A DNA stretch of 64,000 bases from Eledone cirrhosa (taxonomy: Eukaryota): NCBI GenBank assembly GCA_964016885.1, contig OZ024742.1, forward strand, positions 302,188,001 to 302,252,000, given 5' to 3'. Positions 37,183 through 50,441 of the stretch are shown piece after piece. The notes beneath the pieces are model-generated. The model searched no databases, was not told the origin of the DNA, and saw only the letters and a program-made list of their open reading frames with translations. The position numbers were made by a program, and so were the translations under genes. The number at the start of each line of letters is the position of its first letter. Position 1 is the stretch's first letter.

Positions 37183-40100
37183 AATCACCGCAACCACCAC
37201 TACAAAAACAACAACCACAGCTCAAACCAAAACAAAACACTGTCCAACCCATCCCCCCCACTAAAAAAAAAAAACAATTTCCAAAACACCCGCACCGCAA
37301 ACACAACCCTAAAATCTACCCCCTCCTCTCCAACACGGAAGATGACCCTCGTTCGTCGTCAACGAGGAGGAGCACTTCAACACAATCAAAAGAAAAAAAA
37401 GAAAACACACCTCAGACACACAAATGAAAACAACCCCTCCCCAAAACATAACATAGACACCAACACAAAAGAGCACACAACAACAGCAAACAAAAAACAC
37501 CACACAAAAACAAAAACATGCATACACATACATAAATACAAGAAATAAAAAAACTGCTAAACATTGTATACAACAACAATTTAGTGAAAACCCAAGGGCC
37601 TAACTTCACCCAGACAGGAGATTTCCCCCACCTCAAAATGATTAAGGCCCCAGAGGACACATATAAAACGCTAAAAAAAAACTTTAAAGAGGACGTGCCC
37701 CCCCCCCCTCCTGCGTCGGGCCCATTAACCGCGTCCTCCTAAAAAAATTAACCTCCCCCTCCCCAAACACACATACAACTCCAAACCACCCCAACCACAA
37801 AACACACTGATGCCCCTACACTTCCACAAACCACCACCCCACCCAACAACCCATCCCCCACCCTCATGGAAATTGTGCAGCCCGATACCCGGGACGCAGA
37901 GAGGTAAGTGCCTTTTCTCTTCACCACCAACATGGCTATGCTGAGAGTAGGTTGTCTAAATGGGGGTGGCCTGGGCTCAACTTGGAAGCAAGTAATGCTT
38001 CTAAACGACCTCAGGTCACAACGTATAGATGTGATGGTTATTTGCGAGGCCCGGATCAGCTACGTGCGACAGCTGGCCCTCACCTTTGATGACTTTGAGA
38101 TGCACGCATTGCTTTGTCAGCCCGGTGGTGGGGGTGGGGTTGTCGTTCTGCTGCAAAAACATCTGGGTCTCGCAACACAGACGGTACATTTGGACCCGGA
38201 GGGTCGACTAGTGGTACTGGACCTTGGCAGTGGTGAAGGCGGAGCGTTTAAGCTGGTAGCCGTCTACGGCCCTTTCGGGTCAACGCGGCCGGACTTCTTC
38301 CATCGCCTGGAGACTTTTCTAGGGACGTCCCGCTCCTTGCTATTAGTGGGGGACTGGAATGGTATCCTAGATGCACGTTGGGACTACGTAGGGGCCTGTC
38401 CTGATAGAGTGGGGTGTAACAGCCTCAAAGGGTTAATCGGCTGATTTGACCTGGCCGATAGATATCGACTAGATTTTCCGACAGCGCCAACCTGGACCTG
38501 GGCAAACCGCAGCGGATCATCTAGGTCGTACCTAGATAGGTTCTTAGTTAGAAATAAGGATAAGGACTTTTTAAGTTGTCCAGAAATGCTCATGGTTGGC
38601 TATTCAGACCACAAGATAGTGACCTGCATGGTCAACCTTGACAGAACGCATAGACAGGGAGCCGGTTACTGGAAGCTCAACTTGTCCTTACCGGCAAGTA
38701 GAGCTTACAGGGACCGGATTAGCACTTTAGTTAAGGAGCGGTTGACGGACGCCATCGTCAACAGCAGGTGGTGGGGATCTCTCAAAAGAGAGATTAGAGT
38801 AGTCTCTATAGAATTTAGTAAGGAGTTAGCCTCAAATAGAAATAGGAAGGAAAGGGAGTTGGTAGATAGTGTAGAAGAAGCAATTAGAAGCGGCGACGTG
38901 GCCAGAGTGCTAGCGTCGAGAACGGCCCTGGGCCAGTTCTTCGACGCGAAACACGAAGGCTGCATCGTCCGAAGCAAAACACGTGCTCTGGGAAACGAGG
39001 GGACCAAAGCTGTTAGCTGGGCCCGCGTGACAGAAGCCAAAAGAGGGAGTAGATCCATTATCCGGTCTTTGCGAGACCAGGATGGACGGGTGATCCTTGA
39101 ACCTAAGCAGATGTGCGAAGCTTTTCAAAAGCACTTGGCCAGATTGTTCGGAAGGGGCGGGGAGCCGGTTGGGGAAGTGGACTTCGGTCCATACCTCGAC
39201 GGCCTGCCGCGTCTCTCGGACAAGGAGGCGAAGTCCTGCGAGGAGCCGATTTCAGCCGCTGAGATAGAGAACGTGCTGAGCCAATGCGGCAAACGCAAAT
39301 CCCCGGGTCTCGATGGTCTTCCATACGAACTATATCTAGCTATGCCGGACTTGTTCCCCGATCTCCTCGAGGCGGTCTACTGCAACTGACGACAGAACGG
39401 GAGAATTCCCTGTGCTGTGACGAAGGGCGAAGTCACGTTAGTGAGGAAGGACGAGAACAAGGAGGACGATATAAGTAATTTCAGACCCATAACTCTGCTA
39501 AATACAGAGTTACAGATTTTGGCCAAGGTGCTAGCAAAGAGGTTGGCGCTTGTCGTGGGAAACCCGGTGGGAGATGCACAGACATGTGCTATCCCGTCCA
39601 GGTCCATCCACGACAACCTCCACCTCATGCGATACATCATAGAGAGGATTGGGAACGAACCCCGGCTTTGGTGGGGCCCTGATAAACTTGAATCAATCTA
39701 AGGCATTCGATAGGATCGACCATGGTTACCTGGATGCAGTGCTAGCGGCGGCAGGCTTCGGACCCGTTTTCAGGGGCTGGATCACTGCCATGCACAGCAG
39801 CCGCATCTATCTACTCTAGAGTCCATCCGACAAGGGTGCCCTCTCCCCTCCCTTCTGTATTTGATGACTCTAGAGCCACTGCTGCGGAAGTTGGAGTTGT
39901 TGCAGGGCTTCCCGTTGGAACCGGGATTGCGGAAAGCGGTGTCGGCCTACGCCGATGACGTAACAGTAATGGTGTCGACGGCCTCGGAAATCGGGGCGAT
40001 CGGCACCTTACTGGAGGAGTACGAAAGGTTTACAGGGGCTAAGCTGAACCGGGACAAGTCGATCGGTTTGCAACTCGGCACGACGAGGAGCAAATCGATG

Positions 40101-41364
40101 CCATCCGATGGCGTCGTCGGGCGCTGGACGGAGGGCCCGGTGAAGTTGCTCGGGGTCTGGTTCGGACCAGACCTCCAGGTGGAGAAGAACTGGGGTGAGG
40201 TGACGAACAGGGTGTTTCCACTGACCCAGAAGTGGGCCGAGTGCAAACTGTCCCTGAAAGGCCGGGCGGAGGTGGCGAACACTTATATAGCGTCCGTCAT
40301 CTACTACCGCCTGACCGTCGTGCCTTGCCCAAGGCAAACGCTCGCCAAAATGGAGCGCGCACTCTTCTAATTCCTTTGGAAGAAGCGGGCTCCTATGGTG
40401 AGGAGACCCATCTGCTGTCAACACCCTTTGAAAGGAGGGCTGGGGATGCCGTGGCTGATGATGCGTAAACACGCATTAAGGCTACGACGCCTTCGGAGAA
40501 GCCCTAGGCATGGAGGAAATCGAACTGGCCAACCTATTCAGTAGGACATTCAGCCCGGGACCTATGGATAACTTCCAGAGGTCCCTGGCCTGGCAGTGCT
40601 ACCGAGGAGCTCTGCCCGTTCGAGAAAGGCTCTACAGACACGGGCGCCCGGGTAGGGACCCCTCGAAAAAGATCTGTCTCAGATGCGTGTGCGACGAGGA
40701 AACCGTTGCACACGCATTGGTACACTGCTCGGGCATTGCCGATCTGTGGGGCTATGTCGAACGATTGCTGTCGCGGGTGGGCCCGATCCGGTTGACCACC
40801 GAGTCTATTGTAACGATCAAGCCGCCTCCCCTCTTCAAAAACGAAGGAGAGGCGGTGTTTCTGTGCGTAATAGCCATGGTAAAAGAGGTTGTATGGTGGA
40901 CGCGTCTGAAAGGACTGAGCTGAGGTCAGACACCTTTCTCTCTGGCCAACACTGGTCCGTTTCTACCGATATCATTTCGGAAGAAGAATCAGGATGGAGA
41001 GAGAGGTGCAGCACTCCAGCCGTTTTTATGAAAGATGGGTGAAAGTGGCGAGAATGGCCCGTGTGAATGGGCCTTCACTCTACATCAGATCGTAGGTGAG
41101 GAAGATGAAAGATCAAGGGAGCACCCTCTCTCTGTGCTCCTGAGGAGAAGGGTTGCACACTTTTTTCGGGGGTGTGTGCGACCCCCCAAGGCGCCTCCTC
41201 CCTATTGAGGATTTTGTTATTCAATTTATTTTTCTTATATTTTATATTTTTATATTTTTATATTTTGTTATTGCCTCCTCCTTATTGAGGACGCCTTTTT
41301 ATGTAAACTCCCCCCATTGTACTTGTCCCACTCTTTGATGCCCTGGTGGCAAATAAAAAGAAAT

Positions 41365-41365
<1 letters not shown>
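37183..41365 (+). mobile_element. E6: 5'-truncated, decayed copy (ORF1 3' half to 37907; ORF2 37932-41095)
   Basis: Stops, frameshifts, and deletions near 39810 and 40490 relative to E1. Confidence 0.9.
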
Positions 41366-41406
<41 letters not shown>

Positions 41407-44400
41407 GGATGGACACACGTGTGAAATTTGCTGGGTAAGTTCTGCTTACATTTCTATAGAAGTTCTTGACTGTGAGCCTTCATTTTTATACCAATTTATA
41501 GAGGGACTGCCAGGTCAAATTTTGATCTGGTCAGTCTCCCAAAATATTCTACGCCGTTAGGCGAAATAGTCCATGAAAAAGATTTGGGAAAAACTAACGT
41601 TTTAAAAAAATGGCTGAAGCGATAACAGCTTCTTCACCAACATTCGAAGGAGGAAACGGGAAGATATGCTTACAGCTTCCTCCTTCCACCGTCATAGTAG
41701 CAGATGTCTCAGACAAGGGTCAGAGAGAGGAAGGATTTTCTTCACCTGCTGACCGATAACTTGACGTTGCCATGGCAACAAACCAAAACCAAAAGTGTGG
41801 AATAATGAACAAAAACAACACAACCGGCACCACCACCAACAACAACAACAATGCTATGAACGAAAACAACACCAACAACAACGAAGACAACAACAATAAC
41901 AAGAACAACAAAAACAACTCCAGCGCAAGCGAAAACAACCACACACAAAAAAAAACAAAACAAAAAAAAACGTCTGCAGAAAGCCTTGCCAAAGAGACAG
42001 AATTTATAGAAATAGATCTGTCAAACCAAGCGCAGCGCCTAAAGGACGCTGCACAACATATAACTTTCGAAGGTAACGGCTTTCGAATAAGTACCCCACC
42101 GGAAATTAGGGCCGCGACCTTAAGAAAAACAATTTTCTTCCGGACTAACTGCTCACAAACCTAGAAACCCATGACTCTAAGCAATAGCACCGTGGAAACC
42201 GCACTAAAGGAAGCAATGCCAGACATTGCTTACCTCCAGAGGGTCAAGCAGTACGGGAGCATCTCGGTGCTCTTTAAAAGCGAGGTTTTCGCCCAGAAAT
42301 ATTTGGTGGCTCCAATTAGAACGAGCCAACACATCTTCTTCCAACATACATGGGAAGAAGAACCCATAAAATAAGGATCTCCCAGATCCCACCGAACACC
42401 AACATTTGCTGGATCCTGGGTGGTTTTTTGGAGGAGGGTGAAGACAACCTCCTCTCTGTAAAAAAATCAATCCACCACACATTTAAAAGCATTTTGACCA
42501 ATGCTGGATGTGGAAAAACAAAAGAAGGCGTTGTTGCCAACCCCAAAACTACAACAGACACACCCGAAAACAAAAAAACACAACCCCCAAACCACCAACA
42601 TTCACCCAAACATCACAAACCACAAAAGACACCACACCAAAAATTCCTCTGAAGGACTCTGTCCTACCTCTTTCCCCTCTGTCCAACACTCCCACAAACA
42701 CACACACAGACACTCTACCACCACACAACATACCCCTCCCACCTACCCACAATGATAACACCTCAGACACGGGCACCTCTACATCTCCAAGTGAGGATGA
42801 AGAGGAACTCAAAAAATCCAAGAAGCAAAAAAGACACAGAAAAAATACAAAAACAAAAACATCAACAGAAAACACGCACACACCCAACACTGACATAAAC
42901 ATACCGCCACAAACGAAAACCACACCAACAACACAATCAGACACTTCACCAACAAAACAAATACCCACACCACCACAATCACAAACCCTAACCACCAAAA
43001 GAAAACTACAAACAGAAACAGTACACATAAAAAACAAAACACATTACACATACATAAAAACACGAAACAAAGAACTGGTGGAAACTGTCCGAAAGGATCC
43101 CACTATCCAAACGGAAGGGAAAAACCTTCCCCATCAACGACCCACCTCCAAACCATAAACTAATCAGGGTAACAACCCTACAGTATGAAACTTTAAAAGG
43201 GAACTTCCCACATGATGTGCCCCCCCCCCTGCCAAAAACCCCTTAACTGTGTCCTGCTAAAAGGATTCCCTACCTCCCAAAACACCCCCCAATCTGGACA
43301 TGGAGATCGAACAACCCGACCTCCAGGAAACGAAAAGGTAAGTGTTCTTGCCTTTTCTCTCCCTAACATGGCGACTATACAAGTTGGATGTTTGAATGTA
43401 CGTGGCCTGGGCATGCCCTGGAAACAGGGCCAGGTTTTAAATGATCTCAGGTCACACTGTATTGATGTGATAGCCATCACCGAGTCCAGGATTCACGACA
43501 AGCAGCAGCTAACCCCCATGTTCAATGATTTTGTGATCTATGCATCTCTCTGTCAGCCAGGAGGTGGAGGAGAGTTGCTTTTTCTGTTTCGAAAAAACTT
43601 GGATCTCAAAGTACAGACGATTCACTTGGATCCGGAGGGCAGCCTGGTAGTCCTTGACGTGAATGGTAGTGAAGGTGGAGCTTTCAGACTGGTGGTCGTA
43701 TATGCCCCGATTGAGACATCGCGACCAGAGTTCTTCAAGCGTCTGGAGCCATTCCTGGGAACGTCTCGCTCCTTAGTGTTAGCGGAGGACTGGAATGGCA
43801 TCTTTGACGCACGTTGGGACTATGTAGGAGCTTGTGATAATAGAGGGGGTTGTAAGAGCCTAAAAAATCTCATCAGCCAATTCCAACTGGCTGATAGATA
43901 TCGACTAGACTTCCGAAGTGCACCACTGTGGACGTGAAGCAACCGCACTGCGTTTTCTAGATCGTATTTAGATAGATTTTTAATTAGACAGAATGATAAG
44001 GAAACATTAAGCTGTCCACAAATGCACGTGGTTGCCAATTCAGACCAGAAATTAGTCACCTGCATAGTCAAACTTGATAGAACACACAGACAGGTACCCG
44101 GATACTGGAAGCTAAACATGTCGCTCCCGGCGCGTAAGGCCTACAGTAAACGGATTAGCACCTTATTTAAGAGCCAGTTAACGGGGACCATCGTCAACAA
44201 CAGGTGGTGGAGCTCTGTCAAGAGAGCAATTAAAATAGAATCGATAGCATATAGCAAGGAAGTAGCTTTAGAAAAAAACAAAACTGAAATGGAACTGGTA
44301 GCTAAAGTAGAAGAGGCACTTAGGAATGGCAGTACAGCTGACGTGCTAGCAGCGAGAACGGCACTAGACCAGTTCTTCAACGTGAAACACGAAGGTTCTA

Positions 44401-47099
44401 GTGTTAGAAGTAGAACATGTGCTCTAAGAAACGAGGCAACCAAAGCTGTTAGCTGAACCCGAGTGGCAGAGGCGAAAAGTGGCAACAAATCCACAATTTG
44501 GTCTTTGCAAGACAAAGATGGACGCATTCTATTTGAATCCAAGCAGATGTGCACGGCCTTCCAGCAGCACTTTGCATAACTGTTCGGGCAAAGCGGTACG
44601 TCGAGCGAGGTGATGGACTTCAGTTCCTACCTCGACGGTCTACCACGACGGCCTACCACGACTCTCGAGCACGGATGCAGAGAGCTGCAAAAGGCCGATC
44701 ACAGCAGGCGAAATAGAAGATGCCCTAGGCCGCTGTGGGAAACGCAACTCACCCGGTCTAGATGGTCTACCCTATGAGTTTTACATAGGCTTGCCAGACT
44801 TGTTCTCTGGCGTCCTCGAAGCGGTATACTGCAACTGGCAGCAGAACGGGAGGATTCCCAGTTCTGTAGGCAGAGGCGTAGTAACGCTGATCAGGAAAGA
44901 TGAGAACAAGGGGGATGAGATAAGCAATTTCAGGCCCATAACTCTGCTCAACACAGAGTTAAAGATTTTGGCCAAGGTGTTAGCAACGAGGCTGGCGCTT
45001 GTCGTCGAGAACCTGGTAGGGGAAGCGCAAACGTGTGCAATCCCGACCAGGTCCATACACGACAACCTCCACCTCATGCGATACATCATAGAGAGGGTAC
45101 GATGTAAACCTGGCTTCGGTGGGGCTCTGATCAATTTAGATCAGTCTAAGGCATTTCATAGGGTCGGCCATCAATACTTGGAAGCGGTTCTCAAGGCGGC
45201 AGGCTTCGGTCCCGTGTTCAGAGGCTGGATCGCTGCCATACATACGAGCATCTGCTCGGCAGTCAAGGTGAATGGCTACCTATCGGAGCCATTCTAAATC
45301 ATGCGTTCCATCCGCCAGGGATGCCCTCTCTCTTCCATTCTGTATGTACCGACTCTCGAGCTATTACTGCGGAAGCTGGAGCTGTTGCAGGGCATCCCGA
45401 TCGAACCATACTGCGGAAAGCAGCCTCGGTCTATGCCGACGATGTAACAGTGATGGTGTTGAAAACCTCGGAAATCGGGGTAATCGGCAACCTATTACAG
45501 GAATACGAAACGTTGCCAGGAGCAAGACTAAACCCAAACAAGTCTGTCGGTTTGCAACTCGGCACATGGAGAGGCAAACCCATGCCTTCCGACAGTGGCG
45601 TTGGACGCTGGACGGAAGGACCGGTGAAATTGCTCGGGGTCTGGTTTGGCCCAGACCTCCAGGTGGACAAGAACTGGAACGAGATCATGGCGAAGGTGTT
45701 TGCACTCACCCAGAAGTGGGCAGAGTGCAAACTCTCCTTGAAAGGTCGAGCGGAGGTGGCGAACACTTACATAGAGTCCGTCATCTACTACCGTTTGACA
45801 GTCGTGCCTTACCCCACGAACACCTCACCAAAATGGAACGCCTACTCTTCAAGTTCCTCTGGAAGAAACAGGCTCCGTTGGTGAGGAGATCCATCTGCTG
45901 TTAACACACTTCTAACGGAGGGCTGGGTATGCCGTGGCTGATGATGCGCAAACACGTGCTGAGGCTACGCCATCTCCAGGTATTCCTGACCGGCGAACCG
46001 GTGTGGCTGTAGTTTATGAGACGAGCTCTTCCACAACTCGTCTAACTAACAGAGCTGCAGTCCTGTGTCAAGCGAAGACCGAAAATGGGCGCCTGGCTCC
46101 CCGAGTGCCTTCAGGCGCTCACAGCCCTATACCAAGCGGAAACGGCAATCAGCGGAGACTCCACTTCGACATTCTATAGGGGATTAGTGGAGGATAAGTG
46201 CGACGACGTTATCGGGGAAACTCTAGGCATCGAGGAGGACGAACTGACCAGTCTGTTAGGGAGGACTTTCCGTCCAGGGCATATGGATAATTTCCAGAGG
46301 TCACTGGCCTGGCAGTGCAACTGAGAAGCTCTACCAGTTCGAGACAAAATCTACAGGCACGGACGCCCTGGCAGAGATCCTGCCAAAAGGACCTGTCCAA
46401 GATGCGAGCAGGCAATTGTTCAGTGCCCAGGGGTGACCGACCTGTGGAATTATGTCGAACAGCTACTGTTACGTGTGGGACGCATCCAGTTGTCAGCCAA
46501 GTCCATCATGAGGATCACCCCGCCGCCTTCATTTAAGAATGAAGGAGAGGCGGTTTTCCTCTGTCTGGTGGCTCTGGCGAAAGAGGTAATATTGTGGACG
46601 AGGTTAAAAGGACTGAGGGCAAACACCTTTCTCTCCGGACAACAACTTATCCCCTTCTTTAAGTACCACTTCAGAAGGAAGGTGAAAGTGAAGAGAGAGG
46701 TGCTACACCCCAGTAAATTCGCTGAAAGGTGGGTGAATGTGGCGAAAATAGCCCGAGTGAATGGGCCTTCTCTGTATATAAACCTGTAGGTTGAGGAAGA
46801 TAAACAGAGGGAAGACAGGAACACCTACAAAACGTGTTCCTAGTGTTGAGGGGTGTTCTATCCACGGGGTGTAAAACAACCCTGCAATAACGTTCCCCCC
46901 TCCTTATTTGGGATTTCAATTGTTATTTTATTATATATAGTTTATTGTTATTTATTAATTGTTTCTACGTTAGGCACAAGGCCAGCAATTACCCAGTGCT
47001 TATTTATTAATGTTAAAGTTATATGATTTTTATGTAAAACCCCCGCCGTCACGTCTTGTAATGTCCATTTTTGTACGCCCGTGACAAATAAAGAAAGAT
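41407..47099 (+). mobile_element. E7: full-length, most decayed copy (ORF1 ~41610-43341; ORF2 43368-46789)
   Basis: All domains recognisable, with many stops and frameshifts; the ORF1 knuckle region is deleted. Confidence 0.9.
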
Positions 47100-47249
47100 A
47101 TCTATCTATCTATCTTTCCCCTTCTCCTACTCTGTCTCTCCCCCCCTTACTCTCTCAAACACACACATTTTCTCTTTCTCCATCTTTAACCCTCCCCTCT
47201 CTACCCCCACTCTCTCAATCCATCTTTATGTCTATCTATTCTTATCACT

Positions 47250-48230
47250 GGCACCTGGTGCCTGGCACCTCGAGTGCCTACAGGCGCTCACAGCCCTCTA
47301 CCCAGCGGAAACAGCAATCAGCGGAAACTCTACTTCGACATTCTATAGGGGATTAGTGGAGGATAAGTGCGACGACGTTCTCGGAGAAACTCTAGGCATC
47401 GAGGAGGACGAACTGACCAGTCTGTTCGGGAGGACTTTCCGTCCAGGGCCTATGGATAACTTCCAGAGGTCTCTGGCCTGGCAGTGCTACCGAGGAGCTC
47501 TACCAGTTCGATATAAAATCTACATACACGGACGCCCTGGCAGAGATCCTGGCAAAAGGACCTGTCCAAGATGCGAGCAGGACATCGAAACCGTTCTGCA
47601 CGCAATTGTTCAGTGCCCAGGGGTAACCGACCTATGGAACTATGTCGAATAGCTGCTGTCATGTGTGGGACGCATCTAGTTGTCAGCCGAGTCCACCGTG
47701 AGGATCACCCCGCCGCCTTCATTTAAGAATGAAGGAGAGGCGGTTTTCCTCTGTCTGGTGGCTATGGCGAAAGAGGTAATATGGTGGACGAGGTTAAAAG
47801 GACTGAGGGCAAACACCTTTCTCTCCGGACAACAACTTATCCCCTTCTTTAAGTATCACTTCAGAAGGAAGGTGAGAGTGGAGAGAGAAGTGCTACACCC
47901 CAGTAAATTCGCTGAAAGGTGGGTGAATGTGGCAAAAATGACCCGAGTGAATGGGCCTTCTCTGTATATAAACCTGTAGGTTGAGGAAGATAAACAGAGG
48001 AAAGACGGGAACACCTACAAAACGTGTTCCTGGTGTTGAGGGTTGTTCTATCCACGGGGTGTAAAACAACCCCGCAGTAACGTTCCCCCCTACTGGGGAT
48101 TTCAATTGTTATTTTATTATATATAGTTTATTGTTATTTATTAATGTTAAAGTTATTTTTATGTAAAACCCCCGCCGTCACGTCTTGTAATGTCCCATTT
48201 TTGTACGCCCCTGTGGCAAATAAAGAAAGA
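47250..48230 (+). mobile_element. E8: 5'-truncated copy of the E7 subfamily with a 17-bp TSD
   Basis: Flanks tatctattcttatcact (47233-47249) and tatatattcttatcact (48231-48247). Confidence 0.9.
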
Positions 48231-48943
48231 TATATATTCTTATCACTATATTTCTATCTTTTTCACTCTCTCTATCCCATTTGCTTTCCCCCTTACAACG
48301 AGCTTTGCTCCCCTCCACCTGCTATCTCCTTTGCCCACCAAGTCATTCAATACAAAAATGCTACGAATTAAATATGAAGAAGAGAATAATAAAAATAAAA
48401 TAAATCAACCAAAATAAAACATAACACTCACTACACCCCCCCCCCCCGCCCCCCACCCCCTCCTCAAAACAGAACATCTCCACCTTGCTCCATAACAACA
48501 GAATAAGATAAAACAACAAGAACAACAATAACACCATTTCGAAGAGAGAGCAAAGACAAAATTGTGGCGTCATCGAGGGAATCTTTCTGGATGGTTCCAA
48601 TACCATTAATAACACAAAGAAATAGCGACGAGGAAACGGGAGTTGTTTGGATTAAGCAATCTACCAGCTATTAAGTTCGCTACAGTTTGTTGTATGGCCT
48701 CGTGAAAATATAACAAATAAACTATTTGCCAAGTGATTAAGAGGAGATACATAAGCAGAGAAGTCTGGACAAGAAAAATCTCAAGGAACGATACACAATT
48801 GCTATGGCTTCTTTCTGTCAAATATCATGAGGGCAATTCACGACAGCTTAGACATCACGTAACATCACAACAGCTTTGTTTCGTTCGTTGACTGTTTATT
48901 TCTATGGCGTGTATTGGCTTGATTCATACATGAAATTATGCGC

Positions 48944-48974
<31 letters not shown>

Positions 48975-49121
48975 CGTGTATGCGTGTGTGCGCGCGCATG
49001 GAAATATATATATATATATGTATATATATTTATATATATATACACATATATATGTATATAATTGTATATATATATGTATATGTATATGCACATATATAAT
49101 ATATATGGGTGTGTATATGTG

Positions 49122-49185
<64 letters not shown>

Positions 49186-49390
49186 TATATATATATAGGC
49201 ATATGCATATATGAGTCTATGGCTCCGTTAATTTATCGTGGTATATATATATATAAAGAATTAGTATATCTACGTGATGAAGAAAGGAATTCTCCATGGT
49301 TTTGAACACTATGTATATCCCCTTTCAGAAACTAATTAGTTGGAGTGAAACTTAAGTAAGTTAATTATTATAATTTTTTTATTTTACGTC

Positions 49391-49443
<53 letters not shown>

Positions 49444-49482
49444 CGTCTGTATATGCACATATATAATATATATATGGGTGTG

Positions 49483-49635
<153 letters not shown>

Positions 49636-49665
49636 AAATGTGTGTAATCCTTGGTACAGTTAGGT

Positions 49666-50407
49666 ATATTAAGACAGGGGGGAAGAAAAAATGGCTTCAT
49701 TTGTGCTTTCAACAAATTTATTTTCTTCACAAAATCCAAAAAGAATTTTTCTTAAAAAAAATTATTTTATAAATTAAGTTGTTGGTTGTTGGTTAGGTCT
49801 TAGGAGTTCTTGGTTAACGTAGGAGGTATTGTTTCGTTTTTAGAAAGACCTTTCACGCTGAGGTGCGCTTGTCAAACTGATGTGTATGTGGTGTGTTGTT
49901 CTATATATAGGGATTTAACATGTCTGTGGTGTGGTGGGGGTTTCTTTTCTCCCCCTTTAATAAGTGCATGGGTGTAGGTGTGTTGAAAAAGTGTTCATAG
50001 CAGTAATGAGTTGAGACGGTGAGTAGGGTTGGGTGGGGAGAAATGTAGCAAGTGCGGCCTGCCCCGGTCATTCTCGAAAAATTCCTTTAGCATTGCTTTT
50101 GTGTTGAGCATGGTCACAGGCAAATCGCACCTGTCAAGTTTGTGAATAATTATTTTTTTCTTCTTTTTTTCCTGAAGAATTTTTCTACGTCCATCCCAAA
50201 GTTAGTTCTTTGTTCAACACACACATATGTGCGCATATACGTACATACACACACGGGCATATGTAGGAACATATAGGCACACACCATCAATCACACACCC
50301 ATGCACAAATACATCCACATACATACACAAAAACATATAGAGACACATATAAAAACACACATATACATACGTACACACACGAATATGTACTCATACCTCC
50401 ACATGGG

Positions 50408-50441
<34 letters not shown>

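Larger units (their letters stand above)
15063..48247 (+). mobile_element. Head-to-tail array of eight Tx1-like non-LTR retrotransposons separated by (TATC)n
   Basis: (TATC)n at 15063-15094, 20800-20858, 26681-26716, 30773-30850, 36317-36364, 37160-37182, 41366-41406 and 47100-47115. Every copy is on +, and each ends with AATAAA a few bases before the repeat (E8: before its TSD). Confidence 0.95.

Noticed and set aside
15233-48105. Recurrent antisense ORFs inside the LINE copies
   Set aside because: Shadows of the conserved sense frames and of A/C-rich linkers; lengths and starts are inconsistent and they carry no motifs.
15063-48247. Array as a telomere or a simple segmental tandem duplication
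   Set aside because: Flanked by ordinary DNA on both sides, no telomeric repeat, and copies differ in subfamily, truncation point and decay.
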